Source: Felis catus (lineage: Eukaryota). From it: a stretch of DNA of 64,000 nt. The stretch is taken from the NCBI RefSeq assembly GCF_018350175.1, contig NC_058368.1:25360001-25424000 (forward strand), in the 5' to 3' direction. Positions 37,414-51,409 of this stretch are shown here, one piece after another. A program made the translations under genes and the position numbers. Position 1 is the first letter of the stretch. The number at the start of each line of letters is the position of its first letter. The notes under the pieces were generated by a model. The model saw only the letters and a program-made list of their open reading frames with translations. It was not told the origin of the DNA and searched no databases.

Positions 37414-38916
37414 TAAGTTTGGGTCATGAGAGCCACACACCCCTCCCCAAGGAGAAGCAGTGTGGTTAAGGTTTGATTCCCAGGCTGCACATCTGTCCTC
37501 CCGCACTGGGTAAGTCTCTCTCTCTCATTCGCTTGTGAATTTGTTTCTCCGACTCGCACATGTTGCAAAGGGGACGATGGGTATCGTGAGGGCAGCAAGG
37601 CAGGTCCCTGGCCTCAGGGAAGGCACTCTGTCCTTGGTGCCATTGCTTCCTCGTGCGTGAAACAGCGACCACAGACTCACAGTGACCCCTTCCACGGGCT
37701 GTATCTCCTCCATGCTTCTTGAGAGTCAAACCTGGTGACAATTGCCTTAGAAAGACCCAGTGCCCCTCTGTTCCAGGTGGCTCAGAGAGGAGGGCGTGGT
37801 GAGTGCTTTGGAGTCTCATGTATTGTACACAAAACCAAACTTCTAAATATCTCAGTGCAACTGAACTTAAGTTTCCAATTTAAAAAACAATTTTTTTTTT
37901 TTACATTTGATTCATTTTTGGGAGAGAGAGGCAGAGACAGAGCACAAGCGGGGGAGGAGCAGAGAGAGAGAGGGAGACACAGAATTGGAAACAGGCTCCA
38001 GGCTCTGAGCCATCAGCCCAGAGCCTGACGCAGGGCTCGAACTCCCGGACCGCGAGATCGTGACCTGGCTGAAGTCGGACGCTTAACCGACTGCGCCACC
38101 CAGGCGCCCCCCAGCCTTGGTTTTTAAGAATATTTTCTTACATATTCTTTAAGTTTTTTTTTTTTTTTAAATTTCTGTGTGTTTGGGGTTTTTCTCCTTT
38201 CTTTTTCTCTTTGAGTTTTTTTTTTAAGTTTGTTTATTTATTTTGAGATAGAGAGGGAGGGGCAGAGAGAGAGGGAGAGACAGAATCCCCAACAGGTTCC
38301 ACACCATTCATTAGTGCAGAGCCTAGATCTCATGAACTGTGAGATCATGAACTGTGAGATCATGACCTGAGCTGAGATCAAGAGTTGGACACTGAACCCA
38401 CTGAGCCACCCAGATGCCTCATTTCCTCGTTGACAACTTTGTTCTCAGAGGTATCTGCCTTGCCCTGGGGGCCTTTTGTGCAGAAATCAATGCCTCAAAG
38501 GTAGAAGAAGTTACTGGATGCTAAGTAGCGGGGCAAGAAACTCAGCCAATTCTCTCAGATCATTACCTGGTGACATTCATTAGGGCCTCTTGTCCCCAGT
38601 GACACTCGCTTGCAAGGCCAGAAGAGACCTTAGGGAAATCTAGGAACTACTTTTATTTTCTTGATGAAGAAACTTAGGCTCAGAGAATATACGTGGCTTG
38701 TTCAGGGACATAAATAAAATTACGGGCAAAAAAAGTTTTAGGACATTTGACTCAGCCTCACATAAAGCATTTCTAAAAATTCTCCAATAAGACAGGCAAG
38801 AGATAACCACATCTTATCCGGGTCCAAAACCCAAAGGGAAGAATGATGTGCACACTGGGGAAGGGCTGACCCCCACCTTCTGGATTCACATTCTGTCCGT
38901 CTGGGGTGGGGCCTGA

Positions 38917-39489
<573 letters not shown>

Positions 39490-39738
39490 TGAGACTTGGA
39501 GCCGAGGAGCCGGACAGCCTCAAAGAGCTCAGACGAGAAAGCAAAGGTGTCAACATTCAGTAGTTCCCCTGACACGACAGCCCCGTCACTTGGCAGGGAC
39601 AGACACAAGGGGGAAACCTACGTTCCCAGTCCTGCCGTGGGTATCCTCATCTCTCCTCCCCAAACCACTCATCTTGAAACAAATGAGCACCGGGGAGTTG
39701 AGGGTGTGCCGCCCAAGTCGGGCAAGAAAGTAGCCAGA

Positions 39739-40270
39739 TGGATTCGTGTCCTCGGGCTGCCATAGCAAATTACCACAAATCGGGTGGCTTACAACAGGAA
39801 CTCACCCTCACAGCCCTGGGGACTAGAGGTCTGAAATCCAGGTATCATCAGGGCCACGCTCCCTCCGCAGGCTCTCGGGGAGAGTCCCTCCTTGCCTCTC
39901 CCAACTTCTGGTGGCCCCCGGCATTCGCTGGCTTGCTACAGCATCGGTTCAACCCTCCACCCTCACACAGCCTTCTTCTCTGGGTCCGTCTGTGTGTCCA
40001 GTCTCCCTCTCCTTTCTTGTGTAAGGACACCCGACGCTGGACTTAGGGCCCACACTAAGTCCTGGATGGCCTCCTACTGAGATCCTTAATGACATCTGCA
40101 AAAACCCTGTTTTCAAACACAGCTACCGGTCAGTCTGGGGAGGGGCCTGGAGATCTGCATTCCTTAAAAGCTTGCCAGGTGATGGTGCGGGGCGGTGGGT
40201 GTGGGAGCCCCGGGTGCTGGGGATTAGGACTCAGACATAGCTTTCGGGGGCCACAGTTCAACCCACTACA
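39739..40270 (-). mobile_element. MaLR solo LTR (MLT1-type) carrying a 77-bp foreign insert
   Basis: gctgccatagcaaattaccacaaa..ggtggcttaca...cacagttcaacccactaca. Confidence 0.85.
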
Positions 40271-41586
40271 AACGGTGAGTGCACCCTGCGGTTCTGACTG
40301 TAAGAGGGCAAGAAGGTGGGTTCTCGAGACCCTTCCCCAGGCCCAGAGTGCAGGAGAGGAATAGGGTGTCCTTGTCCCCCACCCCCACTGGGACCCACAC
40401 AAGACCCTGCTCTTGCTCTGACTTGCCCTTCACCATGCACAGAAGGCTCTGTTTCCAGACCCACCAGAGAGGCGTTCGAGGTCTCTGAAATTAGGACTGC
40501 CTGTCTGGGGAGAGAGACAGACCAACATGTTTTCCGGGAAGTGAGCAGACAGAGCAGGTTGATGGACAAAGCAACCGAACAGCAGACTCGGGCAAAATGA
40601 GGCCGAATGAAATCACTGGAAGGGAGCGGAGGGAATGTGGTGGGTTCGGCTCGCCCAGGACCGAGGTGTTTTCCAACTGGGAAAGGTGGACAGCCAGAAG
40701 TGGGCAGCTGGTCACCTGGCCTGGCGAGGCCTGCCATTTGGCATGCTGAATAGTCATGTCCCAACGTCCTCACCTACCCCAGATGTCCCAGAGCGGCCGA
40801 CCCAGTCCCCAGCCACCCACTCGGCCCCCACTGCACTGTACTGATGAGCTAAGGGAGCAGCTGGGTTGGCAGGGGTGGGAGGACCCGGGCCGCTGGCCTT
40901 CGGACAGTTTTACTGAGGGAGGAGGGCCACGAAAGGAAGCCAGTGCCCAGGAGGAGGGTCAGGTAAAGGCCGGTGTAGGCAGAGTCCAGGAGGCCTGGAA
41001 GCCCCAGGGGCTCTGCCAGTGCAGGGTGGGCCCCAAATGAAGCAACTCAGCACACACGTGACTTGTCAGCAGGTCTACCTGCGCCAGGCAGCTGGGGTGT
41101 CCTAGGAGGAACACGCCAGCCCGTCCACTTCCTGTGAGGCACCAGGCAGGCCTCCTACACTTCCCGTGCCCATTATTGTCTGCAAAACGGACACCACAAC
41201 GTTGTAAGGCTTAAATAAGACCCTTCGTGCGACGACATCTCCCTCCCTGCCCCACCTCGGTAGGAATCCACGGGGAGAAGCCAGACACCCCCAGAAAGGC
41301 ACAGCCTTTGCAAGGCAGGCCACTTGAGGGCCCAGGAGCCGGCAAGCCTTTGGTTTGGGGTCAGGCTTCAATGTGACCTCAGCCCACATCTCTGCGGCCA
41401 GGTGGCCACAGGCCCAGGCCAATGAGAGACGTACTGCTGGGGGCAAGGCCGGGAGCAGAGGCGTGCCCCTCGGCGAAGTTTCCAGAGAAGGCTTGGTCTT
41501 GGCCAACAGGGGGCCTGATCCTGGGGTGGAAATCACGACGCCTGGGCAGCATTTATGCTCACCCAGCCTTCTCTGAATTCCCACAG

Positions 41587-41802
41587 TCCGTAACCCCGGA
41601 GGTGCTGAGTGAAATGAGGCAGAAAGCAATCCTGGAGGTAGAATGTGGTTCAGCGGCCCGGAAGATGCAGATCCTCCTGGGAAAAATGAGTAGGATCCTG
41701 AATTTCCTGACCATCCCTGATCTGGAAAACTTCATAGAGGCTGCCAGTTCCTTGGCAGTAGGCAACATGAAACGGAAGGAGAGATCGTACCTCCCAGACT
41801 AG
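41587..41802 (+). CDS. ERICH6B: ERICH6B terminal coding exon: SVTPEVLSEMRQKAILEVECG...PDLENFIEAASSLAVGNMKRKERSYLPD*
   Basis: ttcccacag acceptor; 72 codons ending TAG; matches human PEVLSEMKKKTILE...LLGKMNRLLN...PDLENFIEA. Confidence 0.93.
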   Translation, partial: SVTPEVLSEMRQKAILEVECGSAARKMQILLGKMSRILNFLTIPDLENFIEAASSLAVGNMKRKERSYLPD

Positions 41803-43554
41803 GACAGCCACCAGCCGGTGACCGGCCACCCACCCACCCCACCCCACCCCCCGCCCCCCGCCAGCATCCGCTGAGCGTCTCAGAAAGGTGGAGTCATCAG
41901 GAGTGCCAAGGAAAACCCCAAAGCCCTCTTCAGGTCTTCTGAGGGTTGGTTTGTCATTTGGGACTTATCACAGCGCCTCAGTTTGGAAAACCATTTGTCA
42001 AGGGGCTAAGAGACTCTGTAGCCGGGCACAGAAAAGACTCGGCCCTGAGCCGATAGCACGAGAAGCACGTCGTTTCGGTAGTCAGTACATGTCAACACCC
42101 GCCCCGCTCGCTTCCACTGGTCACTTCCACGCGGAAGTTCTGTCACGGCCTACTTGGGTTGACTCAGGACACAGACGGTCTCAAAGCCGGCCTCTCCCAG
42201 CTGGCTGGATCAGGAGGCCACTCTTGGTGCAGTCCTGTGTGGTAAGGAAGGGCGGGGCTGTGTCTGGATATCTCTGCGGGGGGAGGGGCAGTTTCTAGAA
42301 AAGGGGGACTTAGGGGCCGGACAGCCCCCTACCGTGTGCCTTTTACACATCCCTGGGGTACCCCAGCTCCCCAGGATGACCTCCGCTGCAGCTTAAACCA
42401 AGACTGGATAGGAAACCCCTTCCTCCCAGCCAGCCTGGCAAGGGGCCAATGAGCCATCCCCCTGCTGCCACAGTGACACCAGAGCCCCACCTTCGCAGCC
42501 CGGCTTCCCTGCTGATCTCACCCTGCCTGCCACCAACCTTCACCGAAGTCCTCATCACCCCGAACCATGACAACTGGAAGAGAGGGCTGGCAGTGGGGGC
42601 CGTGCACAGTCACTCCCACCATCCGCCATACCTTGTCGGCAAATGGTATCATCAGCTAAAACAACAGTCGCCTGATGGCCAGGTCACGAGCCATAAATGA
42701 CACCAGCACCGTAGGAGCCGCCCGTGCAAGCCCGCGTCAGCGTTTGACGTGCCCTGTTGGTTCTGTGCCCGTGCTCAGGGCGCACAGAAGCCCTTTTTCC
42801 AGCAGGCACTAGAGACCTAAGTTGGTCTCGGCAGCCGCCAAATTCCCCCAGGCTCGTGGTGGCTGTGTCTCAGAGCCAGCCCCCATGTCCCCCGCGCCCC
42901 GCCCCCCCATCCTCCATGGGACTGGAGGCAGGCCGCCAGGGCATTGAAGGCATCCATGGCCTGGGATCAGCCGGCCCCAGCTAGCTAGGGGACCCCGGGC
43001 AAGGTCGCAGCCCCCCCCCCCGTGACTCAGTTTCCTCATCTGTAATAGGAGGACGACCACAGAGCTCACCTCCCAGTTATACACCAGGGATGAGAGGCGT
43101 CAGTGTCGGCAAAGCACCCCGCTCCGTGCTGCTCCGTGTGGGGGGCTCCCCATCAGCGGCCGGGCCCTCGCCCGGATCTTTCTCCTTTCGCAAACCTGAC
43201 AGCACTCTTCCACTAATGCAGAGCTTGGAAACAGGTGGCCTCGCAGAGGCGTTTCGTCTGGTCAGCCCCATTTTAACGTATCCCGTTGCCAACAGTTCAA
43301 AGACCAGAGATTTCACACGGAAGTATGGATTTCCGGCCCCTCCGTGCCGGTGTTACCCAAGAGTGGACACAACGGCACGGCCATCAGGGACTACCTTCCT
43401 CAGGGAACGCGAATCACCTCCCAGACCGGGAGGGAAACGAGGCGACCCGCCAGCCGGCCGGCCACGCGGCAGAGCCAGATCCCCCCCCCCCCCCCCCAAT
43501 GTGCGCCAACGCTGTCCTCGCAGAGGCCACGCGCCGGGTGCCTTCCACCTCGGA

Positions 43555-43710
43555 CACTTACTGTCGCAAGCCTCTGGCGGCTGGAGGTCCCGGATGAAGG
43601 GCTTCCCTCTGAAGGCAGGAGGCGAGGTTGTGTTCTGGCCCCGCCCAGCTTCTAGTGGGTCCTCCTGGGCTTCTAGTGGGTCCTCGGCGCGGCTGGAGCA
43701 AGCACCTGGC

Positions 43711-43750
<40 letters not shown>

Positions 43751-43835
43751 GTCTCCTTTTTTATACGAGCACCTGGGCTTCTAGTGGGTGTGTGTTTGTG
43801 TGTGTTTCCCCTTTTTTATACGAGCACCGCCTGGC

Positions 43836-43887
<52 letters not shown>

Positions 43888-44075
43888 CCCCTTTTTTATA
43901 CGGACACCAGTTACACTGGATGAGGGGCCTGATCTACTCGGGTATGGCCTCATCTTGACTAATCACGTCTACACAACCCTATTTCCAAATAAGGTCCCGT
44001 TTCCAGTCCTACTGGGGGGGTAGGACTTCAACACAGGAATGTAGGGGGAGGGGGACACAATTCAACCGGTGACAC
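43555..44075 (-). mobile_element. MLT1-type LTR with internal compound (TG)n repeat
   Basis: ccctatttccaaataaggtc...taggacttcaacac...gacacaattcaacc terminus. Confidence 0.75.
43702..43905 (+). repeat. Higher-order repeat: three units of gcacc...(TG)n...ccttttttatacg
   Basis: Three copies of ccttttttatacg each preceded by a TG-rich tract. Confidence 0.85.
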
Positions 44076-45307
44076 ACTCTCTGCCTCCCCCCCCCCGGGC
44101 CCCTCCCATACCCTCACCTTCCAGAGAGGGCAAATTCTGACTTACTATCATTTTATCTTCAGTGACTTGCGGGGGGAAAGGTACTTCCTGGGAAATGAAA
44201 ATGAACTGAGTTGGTCTGTTTATGCACACCAACCCGCTCGGTTACACACAAGGGTCTCCTCACGGGTACCGTAAGGGGTGCGCGCACGCCCCAAGGCAAA
44301 TGGAGCCTCGTGCGCTGCCCACAAAATTACAAATTCGGTAACTAATGAGGTCGTGCAACAGACACACACTGAGCACCCGCCGTGTGCTCAGGGTCCAAAG
44401 AGAAAAGAACAGGTTGTCTGCCCCCAGGGGGATTACCGAGTGGGCATCAGAGCAGCAAGCAAGAGCAAAACAGCCTAACCGTTCCTTTGTGGCGGAGCAC
44501 AGCAAAGCAGAGTCCCCGGGGTGGGTGAGAGGGACGGGGTCACAGAATGAAGGGGGGGTGGCGGTGGGGGCACACGCTGGGGGCCCACGGGAGAGCTGAC
44601 GGCCTGTGCAGGGACCTGGGGAGAGTGGGCATCTGGGGCAGACCCGAATAGAGCACGTGGAGACATGGTGGGGCGGTATCTTTCCTTGGCTGTCCAACCT
44701 CCAGCCGCTACCGAAGGAAATCCCCGCTTGTGAGTGGCTCTGGGGGGCAGCCGCGCCCTGCCTCCCACTACAGAAGCTTTGTGAACAGGGTTGCATCAGT
44801 CCGGGTCCAGGCGGGACACAAGCCGCACCGGTAATCTGAACGATCTGAACGGAGAAAATGTAGTATAAAGGATTAACCAGCTGACGCTAAACGAGAACCC
44901 AAAGAGAACTCAGAAAAGCAGGAAGAGCAGATGCAAGGCCCGGGTTCCCACCCCCACCCCGCCTCCGCTCCCCTCTCTGCAGAGGAGCCCAGCAGCGAAC
45001 CGAGAACCTGGAGGGGCCCCCACCAGCACCAAGGGGGAGGCCGGCCGCCCCCGTTGACTGGTGGGGAATTTCACCGCAGTGCCGGGAGCTGCACGCTTCT
45101 TACTTGGAGACCAAGAAAGCTCAAGAAATCTCCCTAGAGAGCGAGCACCGCCAGCCTCCCAAGCACTGCCACTGCCTCAGCTCCGTGTAGACGGAAGATA
45201 ACACACCAGAAACAGGAGGCCCCTTCCCCTGGGAAGCCTAACCCTGCACCCGCTGGCAAAGGAGGAATGTTCTCAGGGTCCAGCTCCCGAGTCTAAAAGA
45301 GGGGCCA

Positions 45308-45545
45308 GGGGCGCCTGGGTGGCGCAGTCGGTTAAGCGTCCGACTTCAGCTCGGGTCACGATCTCGCGGTCCGGGAGTTCGAGCCCCGCATCAGGCTCTG
45401 GGCTGATGGCTCAGAGCCTGGAGCCTGCTTCTGATTCTGTGTCTCCCTCTCTCTCTGCCCCTCCCAGTTCATGCTCTGTCTCTCTCTGTCCCAAAAATAA
45501 ATAAATGTTAAAAAAAAATTTAAAAAATTAAAAAAAAATAAAAGA
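45308..45545 (+). mobile_element. SINEC_Fc-like SINE between the two gene ends
   Basis: TSD aaaagaggggcca. Confidence 0.93.
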
Positions 45546-46534
45546 GGGGCCAAAAAAAGGTGGATGTGGAGCTGAGAGGCAATAAATCAGTAGGAACTGG
45601 CACAGACAGACACTGTCGTCCTGAGCTTGCCCAAGAGGAAGCAGCTGTGACGACGCCCAGTCCAGGACCCTACCACTGCCGTGGGCTGGACCAGCTCCTT
45701 CGGTTTTGAAAAAAACATGTAGATCTGTGATGTTTCCGGTTCCTGGCCCTCTGGCCCTCCAGCCTCTGGTCTGTCCGAGTCCCCCATCTCCTTCCAACAG
45801 AGCCCTTTCCTGCCCAAGTGAGACAGCGGCGTCTTCTGTGCGCGCCCTCAAGGAGCGGGCAGATCTGGAGGAAGGGTAGGGAGGAGGCGAGGCCAGCCGG
45901 ACAGAGGTGCAGAAGACAGACAAGGCCATCAGAAGAAGGCAGACAAGCTAGTGGAGCCACCACCAGGAACAGGCGCTCCAGGGAGGGAGCAATGAAGTCC
46001 CTCTCTTCCGAGAAGCAACGTTCTCTCACCAACGTACCTCTCTGAAAACTAAGGTTGACTATTCTTTCTTGTAACCTGATAAATAGCAGAGGGGAATCTA
46101 AAGATACGGGGTTGTTAAGCCAGGGGCAAAATACAGACTTTTTACTGCTACTTCAAGAACACTAAATTTCAACACGACTACTTGTGCTGATGGTATTCAG
46201 GAAATTGGCAGTTTTGCAAAGAAAAAAATTATCTTTCAACTGATGAAACATATTAAGATGCTTCAAAAATGTCTTTCCACAATAATCATCCTACTAAAAG
46301 ATCGACACAGTGTAAGTAAACTGAGGAAATCTGAAGAGATTGGTGGAGCGTACCAATGTCAATATTCCGCTTGTGATAACGCGTTCTACCTTCACACGAT
46401 GTTCCCGTTGGGAGATACTTCTCCCACTACTATTTCTCATAACGGCATGTGAATCACAAGCTACCTCACTAAAAACTTCAATCGAAAAATATTTTTAAAA
46501 AGAATCCATGCACATTACAGACATGTAAGGACAA

Positions 46535-48455
46535 AGTAGGAAGCGAAAATCTTTATTTTTAAAAAAATTCACATTTATTAAAAACAGCGATTTCTAGCCA
46601 AATAATATAAAGCATTTTAAATTAATCGTTTGAAAGTATGTACACTCTTTGTATAAGTAAACACTTGAAACTGTACAGATTTAAACAAATATTCATTTAG
46701 CAAACAAGTTGGATCGCTACCACCTACTCAGCACTTTGTAAGATGTTCGAGTGTTTCAGGAATAAAAGATTCAAAACACAAGAATGAGTGCCATCAAATA
46801 TTTTTATCCTTAAGTAGAACACAACTTGTTCTGTACATCAGATTAAATCAGTCACAGTAATGTACAATAATCATGCCCTCATTTCTTTGGAAAGGTTATT
46901 AAAAAATCAAATGTACATATAATACAGAAAACGGGATATTTTACAGTTTATTTCATTAGACATGTATTTAAAATAGTAAGTGGAAGTAAATATAATCTTC
47001 CTGCATCATTCATTTCATGTCAAAGAATGAATATGGACCCTCTTCACCTCTTTCCTTCCCAAAACAGACTGCTAAGCTCTATCAAGCCACATTCGTCACC
47101 AATTTAAACAGAGGTGAAAAACAAGTGACCTGTTTAAAATGACAGACATCGGGATATGCAACCTATGTACACACTGCGAGTCTGCTTGCAGGGGATGAGA
47201 AATGCCCTACGGTCCTGCAGAATGAGGTCTGCTGGCTACATTCCAGAACCCTCATCAGTGTTCTACTCCTAGATAGTGTTTGAATAATTCCCAACTCCTC
47301 CTGAACCAAAAAGCAGCCTATCCAATCAGGAAACAGTTTTCAGTAGGAAAACTCAAGAGACGTGCATAATTTATGTGATGATCCCCGACAGAGTACGGGA
47401 GATGTCAAGGGGTGGGCCACCTTCATCCTCCTGGTCTCGGTTAGTAGAACGTTTCCTGCTGTAGCAGGGCTAGAGGCCCACCGGCCTGGGGCCCAGCACA
47501 GCCGATGAACGGATGCACGGGACACGGAGGTGTTCACTTTTCCAAGAGCTACTAAAACCGAAGGCAGTGCACAGAAAGCCGGTGACCCTAACCTTCGTGC
47601 ACGAGACGCACTATTCATCAGGTTTCCTTCCCTCCCCGACGTGCCGGATTTAAGGCACCTTAATTGGTACTTCCCACTCGCAAACACAGACTACTGCACC
47701 GTGAAGATTCTCATTAAAGATACGGCACATCTCTATTGTAGGGAGGCGCCAGGCCCTGCTTTTGAACGTTTCTGCACCTAAGCAGTTCAAGGAGTACAGA
47801 CACTGGGACCTTACACGGAGTCCTTGCATCTTGAAACTACCTCACATCAAACACGCAGAAAAGATAACACCCCAGAGTCCCAGGAAAGCAGAGTGTGTTC
47901 TCAGATGCATCCAATCTACCTCAAACTAAACTTCAAAGTGATAGGAGAAACATTACATTAAATAGAGTGTAGAAATGAGATTTCTGGAAGTAAAAAAAAT
48001 AGCCTCTGTGGAATGTTCAGTGGCTCAAAGTGTTGCAGTGTTTCAGGCTTTAACAAACCTTACTCTTAGAAGCTTTCTAATTAACTGTATTTCTGTAAAG
48101 TTCTTCTTCGCGCCCCTTACTGTAACCAATTTTCATTGCACGTCGTTTGCTAAGAACCATTTCGCTGCGTGCCCACCACAGCTACCCCGCAAAACTCCCG
48201 TTTCTCGTGACCATTTAAAGAAGGCAGTTCTCACACGCCTAGGTTAATCTTTGGCATTGTGATGTTTTTAAAAGGGAAACACCAATCTTTCCAACACTCT
48301 GCTTATTTTTCATTCTGTAGTCAGCACTGAGCAGCGCACCTGCGTGGTTCTCGGGAACATTCCCACAGACAGTTCCTCGGTGTCCTGCAGGCCGCCAGAC
48401 TTCCCAGCCCGCTCCAACCGGACAGACATCGGCACGCACGGCCCGCCGGGCCTGG
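46535..48455 (-). other. COG3: COG3 3' UTR (~1.9 kb; distal end approximate)
   Basis: Repeat-poor sequence after the stop, AU-rich distally, ending at two AATAAA signals. Confidence 0.7.
46552..46579 (-). terminator. Tandem AATAAA polyadenylation signals of COG3
   Basis: tttatt on + strand at 46552-46557 and 46574-46579. Confidence 0.7.
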
Positions 48456-48485
48456 TTATTTAGAAACGGACAGGAGAAGGTTCAG
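48456..48485 (-). CDS. COG3: COG3 last coding exon: LNLLLSVSK*
   Basis: ctttgcttttcag acceptor; TAA stop at 48458-48456; matches the recalled human C-terminus LSLLLSVSK. Confidence 0.93.
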   Translation of the reverse strand: MNLLLSVSK

Positions 48486-49472
48486 CTGAAAAGCAAAGTG
48501 AAAGGCTATGTTAGTTCTGCTGTAGAACATCACACTCAAAAACGTTGCTCAGATCCTCAAATCAGAATGCGAGGAAAAACAAACAAAAAAACAAGAATGA
48601 GAGAAAAAGCCTCAGGGTTTTAAGAAGCCAAACGAACGTGGCTGGACCCACAATGCCGTTCTGATTTCTAAAGCAGCCGCGGGGCAGCGGGCTTTGTGGC
48701 GGCCTGTGAAGGGTCACCGAATCAAACTTATTTAGAATCCAATGAAAATGACAAGGAAAAAAACCCTACATCCTAACCCTGACAAGGGATAGAAATAAAT
48801 CTCATCAGCTTCACCTTTTTCTGTGCAGAGTGTATTGTGGGAAGCGCTGTGTATAAGCTGAATTTTGTGAGTGACTATTTTAAATGCATAAGAACAGGCC
48901 TGAGGAGGGAATTTCAGCGCGCACGCGAACTCTGCCTGACCCCTGGAGCACCCTGCCCACCCGGTAAAGGAGGGCGTGACGCGGAGCGGCCCCCAAGGAC
49001 AACCAGAGAAACCGACACACCGGGGGGCGGGGCAGGGGGACTGCAGTCTGCACACGGACAATCTGTCAGCCGGGCGAGAAGACTTGCGGTTAAATGAACT
49101 CGGCAAGGAACCCTTCCACACAGGACAAACTGTTTCAGTGATCAAAATAATTGTCCCTTAATCTCTTCTATAAACTTGCACTTCCGGTGAGAGGGATGCA
49201 AAATAACTGCTGTGTTTTTCCTGCCAAAAATACAAAACCTCAATCTAATCATGGCGGAACAGACGACACCAAATAAAGGGATATTAACTGGCCTGTCATG
49301 GTCAACAAAGCCGAAAAGGGGCACTTGGGTGGCTCAGTCGGTTAAGCATCTGACTGGCTCAGGTCATGATCTCATGGTTCATGAGTTCGAGCCCCACTTT
49401 GGGTGAGCTCCCCTTCTCTCTTCTCTCTGCCCTTGCTCACTTGCGCTCTCTCTCTCACACAAAAAAATAAAT

Positions 49473-49509
49473 ACACACACACACACACACACACGCACAC
49501 ACACACACA
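49473..49509 (+). repeat. (CA)n microsatellite at a SINE tail
   Basis: Directly visible. Confidence 0.9.
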
Positions 49510-50179
49510 AAGCCCAAAAGGCTGAAGAGCTGCTCCAGGTTAAAAGAAACTAAAGAGAAGTGACACCTGAAAGCAACATCTGGGCTGGACCCCAGACCAG
49601 GAGAGACGTATCTATAAAGGACATTACTGGGACAACTGAAGAAATCTGATTATGGACTGTCGATTAGATAATAGTAGCAATGTTATATTTCCTATTTTGA
49701 TCACTGCGTGGGGGTAGGGTCAAAGAATTCCTTGTTCTTGGGAAATATACAACCATTTCCAAGTAAAGGAGCACAGTGTCTCCCAACTTCCTCTCAAATT
49801 GCTTAAAAGAGGGGTGGAGTGGGAGGGGAAAGGAGAAAACTAAAGATAAAACAAATGGAGGAAAATGTAAACAACTGGGTAAAGTTCCTTATTACCAATA
49901 TTACCATAAGGAATATTACCTTATTCCTATAAGTTTGAAATTACAACAAAAAAAAGTTACCCCCCAAAATCTGTGTGCTATATATTGGATCTTAAGAAAA
50001 CGGGGCACAAACATTCCATTTACAGGGAATTTTTTTTTTTTTAAGTAACCTCTACACCCAACATGGGGCTTGAACTCATGACTCCGAAAACCAAGAGTCA
50101 GTCATACACTCTAGCAACTGAGCCGGCGAGGTGCCCCCCAACGGGTGACGGTAAGCCAGAGGGTTCCCTCCAGCAACAA

Positions 50180-50372
50180 TCCAAGACTCTGGTTCCTACC
50201 TTGTGCGTAACTCAGCCAAGCTACTTAACCTTTCAGGACCATGGCTTCTTCATCAATAAAATGGGGCAAATATAGGGGAGTCAAGTAAAGATCAAATAAG
50301 ATAATATATATCAAATGCTTAGAATAGTGCTTGGCAGCAGTCAGTAATATCAGCTATTATTATTATTATTTA
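50180..50372. mobile_element. MIR relic
   Basis: ctacttaacct...ttcttcatcaataaaatgggg...gcttagaatagtgcttggca. Confidence 0.65.
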
Positions 50373-51409
50373 TTATTATTTTTATCTAGAAAAGGTTAAT
50401 GGTTCTGAAAGAGGATCCAGGCACAGAATGATGGGTCTCTCTCTATCAGTGTTTTTCAAACTGTAGGTGGCGACCTACTGGTATCTCATGAAACCAATGT
50501 AGCAGTTCATCAAGAGAACACTGAACAAAGGCAGAGCAAAGCAACTGAGTTGTCCGTAAGAGTGATTATCTACCATAGAACTTTTAAGTTACAAACATAC
50601 ACATACACTAACGTGTGCATCCTGCCTGCAGGAGTCTAGTGGGAGCGCAGAGTCTGCATGTTTTTGGCAAGCCCCACCTGGCTACCCCACACCCACATTC
50701 ACGCCGCTGGACACAACTGGAGGAAAACCAGTCAACCATGCTGAATGGTCTCTCTTGGATCCTTAACCACGGAACTCAAATGAGCCTGCCTCCTCCCTTT
50801 TAATGATGACCCTGCTTCCCGCTTCACTCACAAACATGAAGCCATCAGATGAGAGCTTCTATGAGGTCCTATCCTGTCCACCACCACGTGTGCCCAAACA
50901 CTCAGTTGTCTTTCCTTTCACGACCGAACACCCCATACCTATGAACTAACAAAGGCTCCACCCTCCAAGTTCCGTCCCCCACTTCGCCACTCAAGGGCAT
51001 TTTTTCCAGCATTATTTTCTCCCTCTCTCTGGATCCTCATGAATATACAAACATGCATTTTCCCCCATCTTTAAAAGAAAAAAAAAAAAAAAAGGAAAGA
51101 TAATCCAGTAACAAATAATAATATTTATTTATAAGGTAAAGGAAGGAAAAGTTGGAGGGGACTGAAAGGAAAGCAGGACGTCTCCAATTCTACCTTATTC
51201 TAGAATTCTGACTTGGGAACCATGTAAGTAGTTTATATAATAAAAAAACAAAATTAAATCAAAGTGGTGGTAAAAACCTAACTATATATATATATCAAAT
51301 TAGTATGTATAATCACACAGCACATAATTACTTCAAACGACTTATAAAAGAAGTATTTTAACTAAAATCCTGGAACCATAGACTCAGCTTTTTAAAATAT
51401 GACCCATCT

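Noticed and set aside
43090..43923. 277-aa ORF, the longest in the track
   Set aside because: Runs through GC-rich DNA, an MLT1 LTR and (TG)n repeats; no recognisable domain
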